Of a DNA stretch of 64,000 bases, positions 53,249-64,000 are shown one piece after another. A program made the position numbers and the translations under genes. The notes under the pieces were generated by a model. The model was not told the origin of the DNA and did no database searches. It worked only from the letters and a program-made list of their open reading frames with translations. Within the stretch, counting starts at the first letter, position 1, and each line of letters opens with the position of its first letter. The stretch comes from Phaeosaccion multiseriatum (taxonomy: Eukaryota; Protista; Ochrophyta, other classes): positions 2,046,001 through 2,110,000 of the forward strand of contig OZ218959.1 of assembly GCA_965112735.1 (NCBI GenBank), in the 5' to 3' direction.

Positions 53249-54926
53249 ATGGCGCTCAGTGAGGCAAAGCGCAGCGTCGTGACAATAGGGCTCTGTGGGA
53301 TTATCTCGGTGGTGTATTTGGTAGGCTGGTTTTTTCCTCACTCACTCGCTGCCCTCTGCCTCATCTGGCAGAACACATTCATGACTCAATTCTTCGTCTG
53401 GTAAGTGCACCACCGGACGAATCCTTCTGTGTAATCCGCTAGGGAGGAGGATGTTCGGTAGGAGAGGCGCCCGCCCCAATCATTGTGTTGTAGCGTTATC
53501 CCAAACCCTCCCATCCTGAGCTGCAAGTCTAATCTACCTGCTCTCCGCTCTTCTTCGCTCCCCTCTCTCCCCACATCTTCCTCCATGCCCGCCCTGTACG
53601 ACACTGCCACCCGCCTCTCCCACGCGCTCTCTTCAGGAACCTCGTGAGCGGAAACTTTGTGGAGACGTCGGTTTTGAAGCTCTTGGTCAGCTTGGTGGGG
53701 TGAGTGGTGCTCCTCTTTGGGCCTGCTGTCGGGGGTGCTTGCTGCTGAGGCGGGAGGGAAGGGACAAGAAAAGAAAAACCCAGCTACAGCGAGCAGAGTG
53801 CCTCGACACTGCATTATATGCCTCCCCCACGAAGGATTACGATCCGAAAAGTGTTTCTTCCCACTGACAAGTCAATCAGTAGCTTGGCAAAGCTCAACCC
53901 CCAATCCCCTCTTACTCCCTTTTGCTTTCCTTGGCAGCACGGTTGCGCTAGGGCCCACGGTGGAGAAGTCTCTGGGAACGGCGGGCATGGCCGTGTATGT
54001 GTTAGTAGTTTCCGCGGCATGCGGGGTCATTACATCCACCGGCATCTTCTTTCTCTACATTCTCACGCGTTTTGAGTACCTGCTATCCATGGTAAGATTT
54101 CGGCCCGGGACTGCTGCCGCTGCCGCTGCTGCTGCTGCTGCTGCTACTACTGTCTTGGGCAAGGGAAAGACAAGGGCAAGAGCCAACCGTAGAGGGAGAG
54201 AAAGAGAAGCCAGGCATGGAAAGCCGAACGACTTGCGCGTAGGAGAAGTTAAGTAACTCACCCCCCCCCTACCTTTCCGCCCTACCCAGGAGGTGCACGG
54301 CTCGTTCGGGCTGCTGGGAGCCTTGGTGGTGGCTGCCGTTCAGGCCTCTCCGGACGCAGCCCTGGGGTCGACCTCACCCTTACCGCTGCGCCACATGCCG
54401 CTGGGAATGGTGGTGACTTCGTTTCTGTGCCACGTGCTCGGGTGGTCCGCCCTGGCTATGGACTTCCCCTTTGTGTGCGTGGGAAGCTTTGTGGGGTGGG
54501 CGCTTCTCCGCTTCTCCAGACCGTGAGTGCAGTGCCAGTGTGCTTTGTGTGCTGTGTGCTGTACGGTGCCCGAGCGAGCGAGACGCTGGCCACAGGTTCC
54601 TTCCCTCTCTGCCCACAGACGCAAGAGATCGACATGTGTGCGAATTCTCCTCGCCTCAACAAAGGCGCTATTTGTGTCGGAGTAGAATGACTGGGGCTGG
54701 CGCTGGTCGCGTTCTGTGTGTTTGTTGGCATGTCGCCTCTCTCTCCACCTCTCTCCCTCTCCATCTCTTCTGCGTCTCTCTCACCCCAGTCTCGCCCTCT
54801 CTGTCTCTCTCTCTCTCCCTCTCTCTCTCCCTCTCTCTCTCCCTCTCCCTCTCTCTCTCTCTCCCTCCCTCTCTCTCTCTCTCTCCCTCTCCATCTCTTC
54901 TGCGTCTCTCTCACCCCACTCTCGCC

Positions 54927-54965
<39 letters not shown>

Positions 54966-54985
54966 TCTCTCTCTCCCTCTCCCTC

Positions 54986-55016
<31 letters not shown>

Positions 55017-56766
55017 CAGGAATCCGGACGGCACGAGTGGAGACATCTCCCCAGAGTTCAGCCTAGCAATGTTCTTCCCACCGCTGTGCAGACCCGTGGT
55101 GCGGCCAATAGGGGACTTTGTGTACGGCGTTGCGCTGCTGCTGGGGTGCTTCGGAGATCGACAGTCAAGGGCTCTTGAGGGTGGGGAGGGCGCGGTTGGG
55201 CCGGGAGGGTTGCCTTTGGTTGCAGCACCTGTCGCGGTGAGTAAGTCGCATGAGTGAGGAGTGAGGAGTGATTTGATTTGTCTACTTTGGAGGGGGTGAG
55301 TGAGGAGTGATTTGATTTGTCTACTTTGGAGGGGCTGCCGCGGGCGGGCGGGCGGGCGGGCGGGCGGGGGGGGGGGGGGGGGTGGGGTTGCACAAGTCAG
55401 GGTAGAGGAGGAGGAGGAGGAGGAGGAGGAGGAGGAGGAGGAGGAGGAGGAGGAGGAGGAGGAGGGGGGAGGGGGAGGATGAGGAGGAGGAGAGAGGACT
55501 TTCCTCGCAGCTTTTTCTGCTTCTCTTGTGTGTGTGGGCCATATGCTTTGGTCCCAGCCCACTCCTCCTGTGGAGGGGTCCTCCTGTGAGCCTATGGAGG
55601 ATGGGAGAAGGCAAGGGAGAGGAGAGAAAAACGATAACAATGCAACGGGTGAGGCGGGCGTTGCAGAACGAAGCGATTTACCTGATGCCCCCCCGCGTCC
55701 CTCCCTCCCCTCCTTCCTTCCCTCCCTCCCCTCCCCATCCATACTCCCCTCTCTCCTCTCCCCTCCCTCCCTTACTCGTGCCGTACCGCAGCCGGTGGAC
55801 CCTGTTGCAGAGAGGCGAAGAGCAAGGGCCATGAAGCTTCTGGATGAAAAGTTCGCAAAACTCGGTGCATCGTCCGCCTTTACGCCAGTCCGGGGAGGAG
55901 GGGGGGTGGAGAGCGGTGCTTTAGACGCTGCCGCAGCCTCTTTGTCTGGGGTGAGGGACAGTCAGAGGAGGAGCAGCAGCAGCAGCAGCAGCAGTACGGG
56001 TGTGCGAAGCGCAGTAAAGGTTAGTTTTGTTGAGGACGGAGAGGAGGGGGTAAAGGGAGAGACAAGGCAGCGGAATGGGAAGAAAAGGTCGAAATTTGAA
56101 ATTTGCAGTGTATGCATTCACGAGAAGAAAAGGGAAAGAGGAGTATCGCCGCCCCCTTTTCCACCCACCCACTCCGTAGCGATGGTCAGAGCTCCAGGGG
56201 GCCCACCTGTGCCCCTTAAGTGTTGGGAGGTCCTCCTCCACTCGTGCCAACTAACGCCACAAGCGCTGTCTTGCCCTTCCTCCCTCACGCCACCAACGCC
56301 ACCACTTCTCACCGCACTGCAATTCCAATCTGACCATCTTACCTCGCCTTTCCCCCTCTTGTTGCAAACAATTGCGACCTCACAGACCCCTCCTTCCTCG
56401 GGCAAGAGAAAGGGGATTCTCAAAGTGAGTCCCGTCACCAGCAGCGGCAGCGGCAGCGGCAGCGGCCTCATCACATCGGCACCGGCAAGGAAGCTGCAAG
56501 ACCCGTCCAAGCAGTCGGATGGAGGAGCAATAGGAGGAGAGCAGGTACCAACAACACCACCACCAGCAGCAGCAGCAGCAGTAGTAGCAGCAGCAGCAGC
56601 AGGAGGAGGAGGAGGAGGAGGAGGAGGAGGAGGAGGAGGAGGAGGAGGAGGAGGAGGAGGAGGAGGAGGAGGAGGAGGAGGAAGAGTAGCAGCAGCAACA
56701 GGAGAAGAGGGGGGGGCGTCAGCAGATTCTGGCGAGGGAGTCACAGAGACAAAAGGGCAGAGCTAA
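53249..56766 (+). CDS. TMEM115/DUF1751-like rhomboid-superfamily Golgi membrane protein, about 7 exons
   Basis: FFVW|NLVSGNFVET, LGPTVEKSLG, HGSFGLLGALVVA, FVGWALLRFSR|NPDGTSGDISPEFSLAMFFP, DPVAERRRARAMKLLDEKF. Confidence 0.85.
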
Positions 56767-57362
56767 CCGCGGAAGCAGTGTGTGCAGGGACTTGGAAGGG
56801 CAAAGCCAAGGTCGGCTTCAGCTCAGCAGGGTAGTGTGGTGACGGTGTCGCGTCGCCCCGTTGCTAAACTCTTGTCAATATCGGGGGGGTATAATATACA
56901 TCGAATACCTCTACTATGTAAGATTACGAGTGGAAGACAACAAACGCCACCCGCCCTTTTGCTCTGATGGACACGCGGTAAGTGATGCGGAGGCGTCTCT
57001 TGCGGCTGAAGACGGCAGCGTGGACCCGTTCCATAGGCCCTCCGTGTCCGTCAAGGAGGCACAACACGCTACCCTTCAGGCGAAGGGACACACGCTTGGC
57101 TTGTGGAGCAGGTGCGAGAGAGAGGGCAAGGCTAGATAGAGAAAGAGAGTGGTGGAGAGTGGTGGACGGGCCTTTCTTGCCATGCGCGCACACGCACACA
57201 AAACCGCAGAAGCTGTGGTTGTGACCCTGTCTCCTCTCGGGCTGGGGCGGCCATGCCGTCGGCAGAAGCGGTAGGCAGAGGAGAGTCAGTCAGTCGCATC
57301 CTGGGCCGTGCGTCAGCTAAGATGGGCCGAAAAGTTAAGGCGTCTTTGCCTGGAGGGTTCGG

Positions 57363-57455
57363 CCGGCAGTACTAACACAACAACATGTCGCTGAACAATT
57401 GTATGTACTAACCGGCAGTACTTAAAACAACATGTCGCTGAGCAATTGTATGTAT
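57363..57455. repeat. Two-copy ~49-bp tandem direct repeat
   Basis: CCGGCAGTACT...AACAACATGTCGCTGA[A/G]CAATTGTATGTA occurs twice. Confidence 0.85.
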
Positions 57456-57554
57456 ACTTTCATTGACAAAAATAAATGAATGAAGCTACGGGGGGGGGAT
57501 GAGTCTTTACATATTCACAAAGCGCGTTGCCTTCACCACCGCCCCCGCCCCCCC

Positions 57555-58044
57555 TCACATAATCAAATATCCACCCTTGCGCATAAAGATGTAGAGGAAC
57601 AGGCCCGAGACGATCATACAAGACACCACCAACCCGCACACCCAATTGAACCATCGCAGGGACTCCTCGTGGCCGTTGGGAAGGTTCATCCTGTTTAGGG
57701 GGGGGGGGGGCAGAGGGAGAGGAGGGACGGAGAGGAGGACAAGATGGAGCAGGACGACGACGACGACGAGGAGGAGGAGGAGGAAAATAATCAGCGGGCA
57801 GATGGCATCATTGTACGAAGCATGTCGCTCCCTCAGCGACTTCAAAGCACACACACACACACACACACACACAGAGAGAGAGAGCGAGCGTGGGCACCAC
57901 CGACCCTCTCTCTCCCCACTCACCCGAAAACGCCAGTTACGAAGGTCCCCAGCGTGAAGGACAGGGCCACCTGACCGAGCAATGCCCGAGGGAGACACGT
58001 GGCATCGAGGACCGAGAGACGGAGCAAGAGAGAGAGGGGAGGGG

Positions 58045-58082
<38 letters not shown>

Positions 58083-59517
58083 AAGAGGGAGAGAGAGACA
58101 GAGAGAGAGACAGTGAGAGAGAGAGAGAGAGAGAGGGAAGAGAGGCAGAGAGCAGGTGAGCCATGTCCAGAAGAGCCCAGTCGCCCTTCTCTGTTCTTCT
58201 TTTCAACAAGGCACCCTCCCCTCCCTCCCTCCCTCCCTCCCTCCCTCCCTCCCTCCCTCCCTCCCTCCCTCCACTCACACTCACCACGCTTAGCATAACG
58301 TTGAGTGTCAAGAGTTTGTTTCTGGAGATGTCAAGCCGCACCATCACCTGACTCTCCGTGTTGGCAATGTGCTCCTTAATAATTGCAAGCTTGTTGCAGA
58401 TGGAGCTGATTTGGTTCAGCTGCGCCTCCAAAAACACCTCCACCTCATGGTCCGGCTCCGTGGTAAAGTCTCTGCCATCACCCCAGTCCCCACCACGTGC
58501 CCCACCACCACCACCACCACCACCACCACCACCAACACCGCCACCAACACCGCCACCGTAGGCGTTGGGGTTCTTCCGTATTTGGGTCAAATTCATAAGT
58601 GCCACGTCCTCATCCTCCTCCAGGGCATCCCAAATTGCCATTTTGTGGGCCTTGGCACGTGCCTCGAGCAGGCCAAGAACGTTCCGCAGGTTACGGAACT
58701 TGTTGTTGGCTTCGGGGCTCGTGGACGCATTGCCCGAGCCCGAGATTTGACTCACCACCGCATCCACTACAGGCAGTAGCCGGCTCACCTGAAGCGGGGA
58801 GAGGGGATGGCAAGGGATGGGGGGGGGGGAAAGAGGGGGACAGTGAGCGTGAGACTCGAATGCCCGAGCAGGTAGTGAAGACAGATCCGTACCCCCTCCG
58901 CTTCAAGCACCCGCCCACCGCTCCCTGCCCCCCTCCTATAGGCCCGCCTGCCTGCCCATATGCCTGCCGATGTGCCTCCCGATAAGCCTAGCCATTAGCC
59001 TGCCTGCCCTCCTGACCTCCCTCTGCAGCCTCTCTGTACATGCCGTCAATGCCGCCTCCATCGCGTGAAGTTCAAAGCCCACAAAGCGCATTCCATCCTC
59101 TCCCACATGCTCATGCCCGTCGGGTGCACAGCAGCCTTGGGGTGTGTGGGTCGGTGGTCGGTATCAGACAGACACGGGGAGCAAGACACGGAGAGACGGA
59201 GTGAGGTAGGTAAGTGAGGCAGTCACTAGTGGTTGGTTGGTTGGGTGGTTGGTTGGTTGGTTGGTCACCTCACCTTCGTCAATGGACAGGTTGCGCAGCG
59301 TCCTTCGCACATCCTCCACGATACCATCGGAGCCGTTGTCCAAAATGATGAGCATTCTTGAAAAACAAGCATATGGGCGAGGCAAGGCAAGGCAAGGCGA
59401 AGGAAGCAACGACCGCCGCACGAATCGGGCCACATAAGAGAAAGGTACGCACGGATGTTACTAAGTAAGAAGAGATAGAGAGGTAGAGGCTCTAGTCGTC
59501 ATGAGTGCAGCCCTTGA

Positions 59518-59582
<65 letters not shown>

Positions 59583-60056
59583 TGTCTGTCTACATGCCTG
59601 CTTTGCCCCACCTCCAGCCCTATCCCCGCAGCCTCCGCTGCCATCCGCTACCATCCTCTGCCATCCAAGCAGCACCCACCTGTCGTGCAGAATGATGGCC
59701 CGGAGAACCTGGAAACTGAAGAAGATGACGTGTTTCCGCACCGCGATGTACGGTACTGAGGAGCCCCATAGATCATCTGCAATGTTGCGCACATCACGGA
59801 TGTTCGGGTACAGATCGTCATCCACACGGTACGACCCGCCCTTGCTGTCCTTTCTGCCCTTGTCGGTCTTGCTGCTCTTAGCCTCGGGCTTGGCCTTGGC
59901 TGTGGAAGGAGGTGGGCCCCTCAGTCCGGCCGTGGGGTTCTCAGTGGCTAAGTAGTCCTGATCCTGCAGGTCTTTGGCGCCGCCGAAGTTGCCTTTGCTT
60001 CGTGGGGACAGGGAGAGGGCTCTCTCCCGCGACCTCCTCGGCCCTCCCCGCTCCTC

Positions 60057-60098
<42 letters not shown>

Positions 60099-60238
60099 CT
60101 GCTTCCGCCGGTGCGGTTCCGCCTCCTCTTGGTCTGGCATGCAACTGAGTAAGTAGCGGTAGATATCTCGGACGGTCATCTGAACAGACAGGAGGAAGAG
60201 GGGAAGAGCGGAAAAGGAAGGTGTGACACACACACACA

Positions 60239-60293
<55 letters not shown>

Positions 60294-61368
60294 CAGTTAC
60301 AAGCCAGGCCTTCCCACTTCCCACAAGAGAGGGAGAGTGTAGCGAAGCACCTCCAATTCACACATCACAGCTCACCGCCCCACCCCTCACCGATCTAGTT
60401 TCGTACTCCAGAGTGTATTCCTTGGGCGGCGAGGCGGGCGGGCTGCTCGTCTCCGTATCGTGTATGCTGTCGTACAGCGTGTTGCTCAGAGTGTTGCTCA
60501 CATCAAGACTGCCATGGATGTGGTCGCTCGCCCTACGGGCACCACTCTTGAGGGAAGCGACTGAGGCCTCCAAAGCATACATTGCCGCAGTTTTCAGCGC
60601 AGACGACCCTCGCTCCCTTCCCCGCGGTTGCCCTGCCCCCTCTCCCTCTCCCTCCCCCTCTCCACCTGATGCTGCTGCTACTCCTCCTTCTGCTGCTGCT
60701 TCTTCTGCTGCTGCCCCGGGCTTTTGGGGGAAGGTGGACGCCGATGCCGTAGGGAGCGGCTCCTCGCGCACAATCTCCGCCCTGCTGATTTCCATCACAG
60801 AGACCTTCTGCATCATGCCCGCCCACTTGCTCACGTGCGTGTGCCCCTCGTTAGAGCCACGGCGGTGCCCTGAGTGGTCGTTCTTGTTGGTAGAGGGGCT
60901 TCTATAGCTCATTCGTCTGCTCAGCTCTGCCTCGATGCCCCTACCCATACCACTCTCATTGCTAGCGTCTAATTCCCCCACGGATCCTCCGCCACTTCCT
61001 CCCCCACTCCTTGCCAAGCCCTTCCCTGGGCTGTCCCTCCCAGAGTCCCCTCCTCCTCTTGGGTGTTCAGAGTTCAGTACACTGAGAGGCTCGTCGGTGA
61101 AAGGATCGTTCAAGTATGAGATCGACGTCTTTCGTTCCACACGCTCTCGAGTGAGGAGCCTTTCTGTGCTATCGTCCAGCTCTCCTGTGTCGCCACTCCC
61201 TTCCTTCGGCCGTGCGGGCAGAGTGCGAAGCCCCCGCCCACCCCCACTTTCATCTCCCCTCCCCCCATCACCACCAGGACGCAGCTCCTCACCGCTCCTG
61301 GTCCTTCTCCTGTCCCGGGCCGGCATTCCGCCCTCTAGGTCCTCTAGTCCTGAGGGGATCGTGTCCAT
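57555..61368 (-). CDS. MRS2/CorA-family magnesium transporter, about 8 exons
   Basis: IRDVR...IAVRKHVI..LRAIILHDR, FELHAMEAAL, EVEVFLEA, LDISRNKLL. VTGVFG|MNL gives the GMN selectivity motif across an intron, followed by the second TM helix. Long disordered N-terminus. Confidence 0.92.
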
Positions 61369-61780
61369 CTTTGATTCAGGATATTCCTTCTACTACGACT
61401 TCTGAGGAGCACGAAAAAGTCCCTCGGGTTGCTTTGCTTACTTCGGGGGGGCTAGAAGGGTTCGTCAGCTGCTGACTCTCTTCTCTCCCTGTGTACAGTT
61501 GTATTATAATTTGATGTAAATTGAAGAGCCGAGTCGGAGGAGGCGCATGAAGTCAACGAAGCGTAAGTCAACAAAATCCTACGGGCGAGCCGTTAGGTGG
61601 GGGAAGGCAAGAGATCAAGATTTGCTAAGGCATAAACACCGGAGTTGGAACCAACAAAGCCACCAGAATAAGCGAGGAGACTGGTCTATCTGTGCAAGGG
61701 AGGATAGAGGCCGTCTGGGTGGGGAAGCTCCATGTACATCCCTTTTGATTGACAATGCGCTTAGCGATGTGGTGGAGACG

Positions 61781-64000
61781 ATGAAGAGGCCCCTTCCTGA
61801 AGGGAGGATGCCAGGCAGTGGCAGCGCCTGCTGCTGCTGTTGTGGGTGCAGTGGTCCTCATGATGGTGGCAGCAGCGGCAGCAGCAATAGCAGCAGTGGC
61901 AGCAGTAGCAGTGGCAGAAGCAGCAGGAGGAGGAGCAATTGGAGCTCTATGGGGACAACGAGGCTCTTTTCGCGGCGAAGTAGGCAATGGCTATCGATAC
62001 TGCTGACCGTTATGCTCCTAGCCTGGTTGCAGCGGCCATGTAGCAGTACGAGCACAAATACAACGACGAACAACGGCACCACCTCCTCTAGCACCAGCAG
62101 CGAGCCGTACAGCTGGCAGGCGCGGGAGATTGAAAACCCCGATTGCTCGGGAAGAGAGCAATATGCACCCCTGCCTAGTATGGTGGAGGCAGTAGGCCAC
62201 GTCAATTACGGAATGGAAGTGAACCTGCAGGCAGACATTAGCATAGGAGGGGCTTGCGAGGTCAACCTGCCCATCGAAGTCCCGCCTCAGCTGCTGCAGC
62301 TCAATGCGAGCGTGCCGGTGCCCATAGTGGCAGTCGACTCGCTCAATGATGATGGAGTGTATGGGGTGGGGGACAATATATTCGTGACAGTGACTTGGAG
62401 CAGCGAGGTGTCTGTGTACGGGTCGCCGAGCCTGATGCTGCAGACGGGGTGCACCACCGACGCGTGCAAAGTGAGCGAAATACAGGTGAGGCCATCCTTG
62501 AGCAGGGAGGCAGACAGACAGGCTAACACGTGCATTCGCTGTCTTTCAGTGTGTTTTCTTTAGTCTCCTCCATCACGCATTCGCTGTCTGTCTGCCCCTC
62601 TCCCTTTCCCTCGCTCCTTTGTCGCCCTCTCCCTCTGTCTCCCCTCCTCCCGCTTGCTCGACCTGTCTTTCTCTCATCACCGCTATCCCTGCTAATGCAC
62701 GCAGAGCTTCATCTGCCTGGCCACCCGGGGAGACTTTGCGGTAGGATTTAATGGCGAGTGGATGCCCAATGTGGCTGCGGGCACGTCTGAGCGAGAGTTC
62801 AAGCGCGTGTTAGAAGACTTCAATGGCATTGAGCAGGTCAACGTTGTTTTCGACCCGCCCGGGCGGGTGTGTTCTGACAAGGGCACAGGAACTACAGTGC
62901 AGGTGAGGGAGGGGAGGGAGGGAGGAAGGGGGGGAGGGAGGGAGGGAGGGAGGAAACTAAGCCCAAGCGAAACAAATGCTACTGACTGAAATACAACACC
63001 ATAATACGACTGGGACAACCACGCATACAGGTCATCTTTGAAGGGTACAGCTCCGCCCTCGCCTCTCTAGCGGACGGAGACCTTCCCCCTCTCCAACTGG
63101 ACTACTTGAACGCCCCGGTGGACACTCGAACGGGCCGGACATGGGGTAGGGACACCCGGCTCTGGAAAGGGTGGACAGCGGGTCAAGACTCCGAGCCCCT
63201 GCACGCAGAGAAGGAGTTGACGGCGGCGGGCTATCGGATGGACGAGGAGGGGAAGGAGATGATTGAAGAAACGGCACTGAATGGTGAGCTGAGGGGAGGG
63301 AGGAGGGAGTGGAGGGTGTGGCGGGGGCGGGGTGGGGGGTGGGGGAGTGGGTGGGGGGGAGGGAGGGTTAGGTAAGTGTGTGGGTGGGTTGCGTAGGTAT
63401 GTGTGGATGTGTTGGGTAGATGGGGTTGGTGGGTGGGTGGGTGGGTGGGTGAGTTAGTGGTTTGTTTGTTTCTCCCCCCCCCCTAACCTAACTGCGGTCA
63501 TCCATGTGCTGCCTGTTCTGCTCTGCCTTCACCCATGCTCTCTCCCTGTTCCCTCCCTCCCTCCCTCCCTCCCTCCCTCCCTCCTCCCCTCCGGTGTGTC
63601 ATACCTCAGGCGTGGTGCTGGATGCCGAGGCGTGGGAGGTGCAGGCGGGGTCGTGGGTTCAGAACCGAGAGGCCGCATTTTACAACCAAAGCAGCAACAG
63701 TACGCTCGTGTTTGCCTACACCGTGCAGGAGCTGGACGCCTCTCCTGACCTTGCGTATGTCAGCGCCTTTGCCCTCCTGGCCAACGACTGCCAAGGGTTG
63801 GAACGGGAGTGCAGCAGTAGCAGCAGTAGTAGTAGTAACAGCCCTAGCAGCAGCAGCTTCAGCAGTAGCAGTGGGTGTGTGAGCAAAACCCTCGTCGACG
63901 GCAGCACCAGGGAGAGCTGCGACGCCGCCATTTGGGGAGTCCTGAACGGAGAACTTGCCAACATCACTCTGCCCTTACCCGGGACGGGGGCGGACTACCG
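61781..64000 (+). CDS. 5' part of a large extracellular/surface protein with Ig-like 'GxYGxGD...GxPxLxLxTG' and EIQ/EVQ-type repeats (runs off the window)
   Basis: Hydrophobic signal WLSILLTVMLLAWL; IVAVDSLNDDGVYGVGDNIFVTVTWSSEVSVYGSPSLMLQTG; EIQ|SFICLATRGDF; LVFAYTVQELDASPDLAY. Exons ~61781-62485, 62705-62902, 63031-63283, 63611 onward. Confidence 0.7.

Noticed and set aside
63478-63493. CCCTAACCTAAC (and CCCTAAA at 35455) as telomeric repeats
   Set aside because: Single units inside introns, better explained as branch-point-like CTAAC or chance.

Overview
This is a eukaryotic, intron-rich, microsatellite-laden nuclear window. It is probably from a photosynthetic stramenopile (ochrophyte), inferred from a bipartite plastid-type leader on IDI and from Pmp-like multi-TM and EVQ/Ig-like surface proteins. 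About 14 spliced genes were assembled by hand from GT/GC-AG junctions. In order they are: a partial low-complexity 3' exon, ECM29 (-), UDP-glucose 4-epimerase (+), a BAR-PH-EF-like protein (+), a PHD-ankyrin-HECT E3 ligase (+), an SV2/SVOP-like MFS transporter (+), an ankyrin protein (-), a Pmp-like beta-helix multi-TM protein (-), two HSP20-like paralogues (+), type 1 IPP isomerase (-), TMEM115-like (+), an MRS2/CorA Mg transporter (-) and the 5' part of a large surface protein (+). Most ORFs in the supplied track are artefacts of simple repeats. The strongest unexplained signal is a dispersed 15-mer, CTGTATCACCAACTG. It has six perfect copies plus several near or partial copies, on both strands, in introns, intergenic DNA and low-complexity coding loops of unrelated genes, where it is read in different frames. 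Other leads are the PHD-Ank-HECT architecture (visible only across a GC-AG intron), complementary intronic microsatellites flanking exons, stop-free 3n introns, and a decayed CCCH zinc-finger relic. All exon structures are manual predictions without transcript support.
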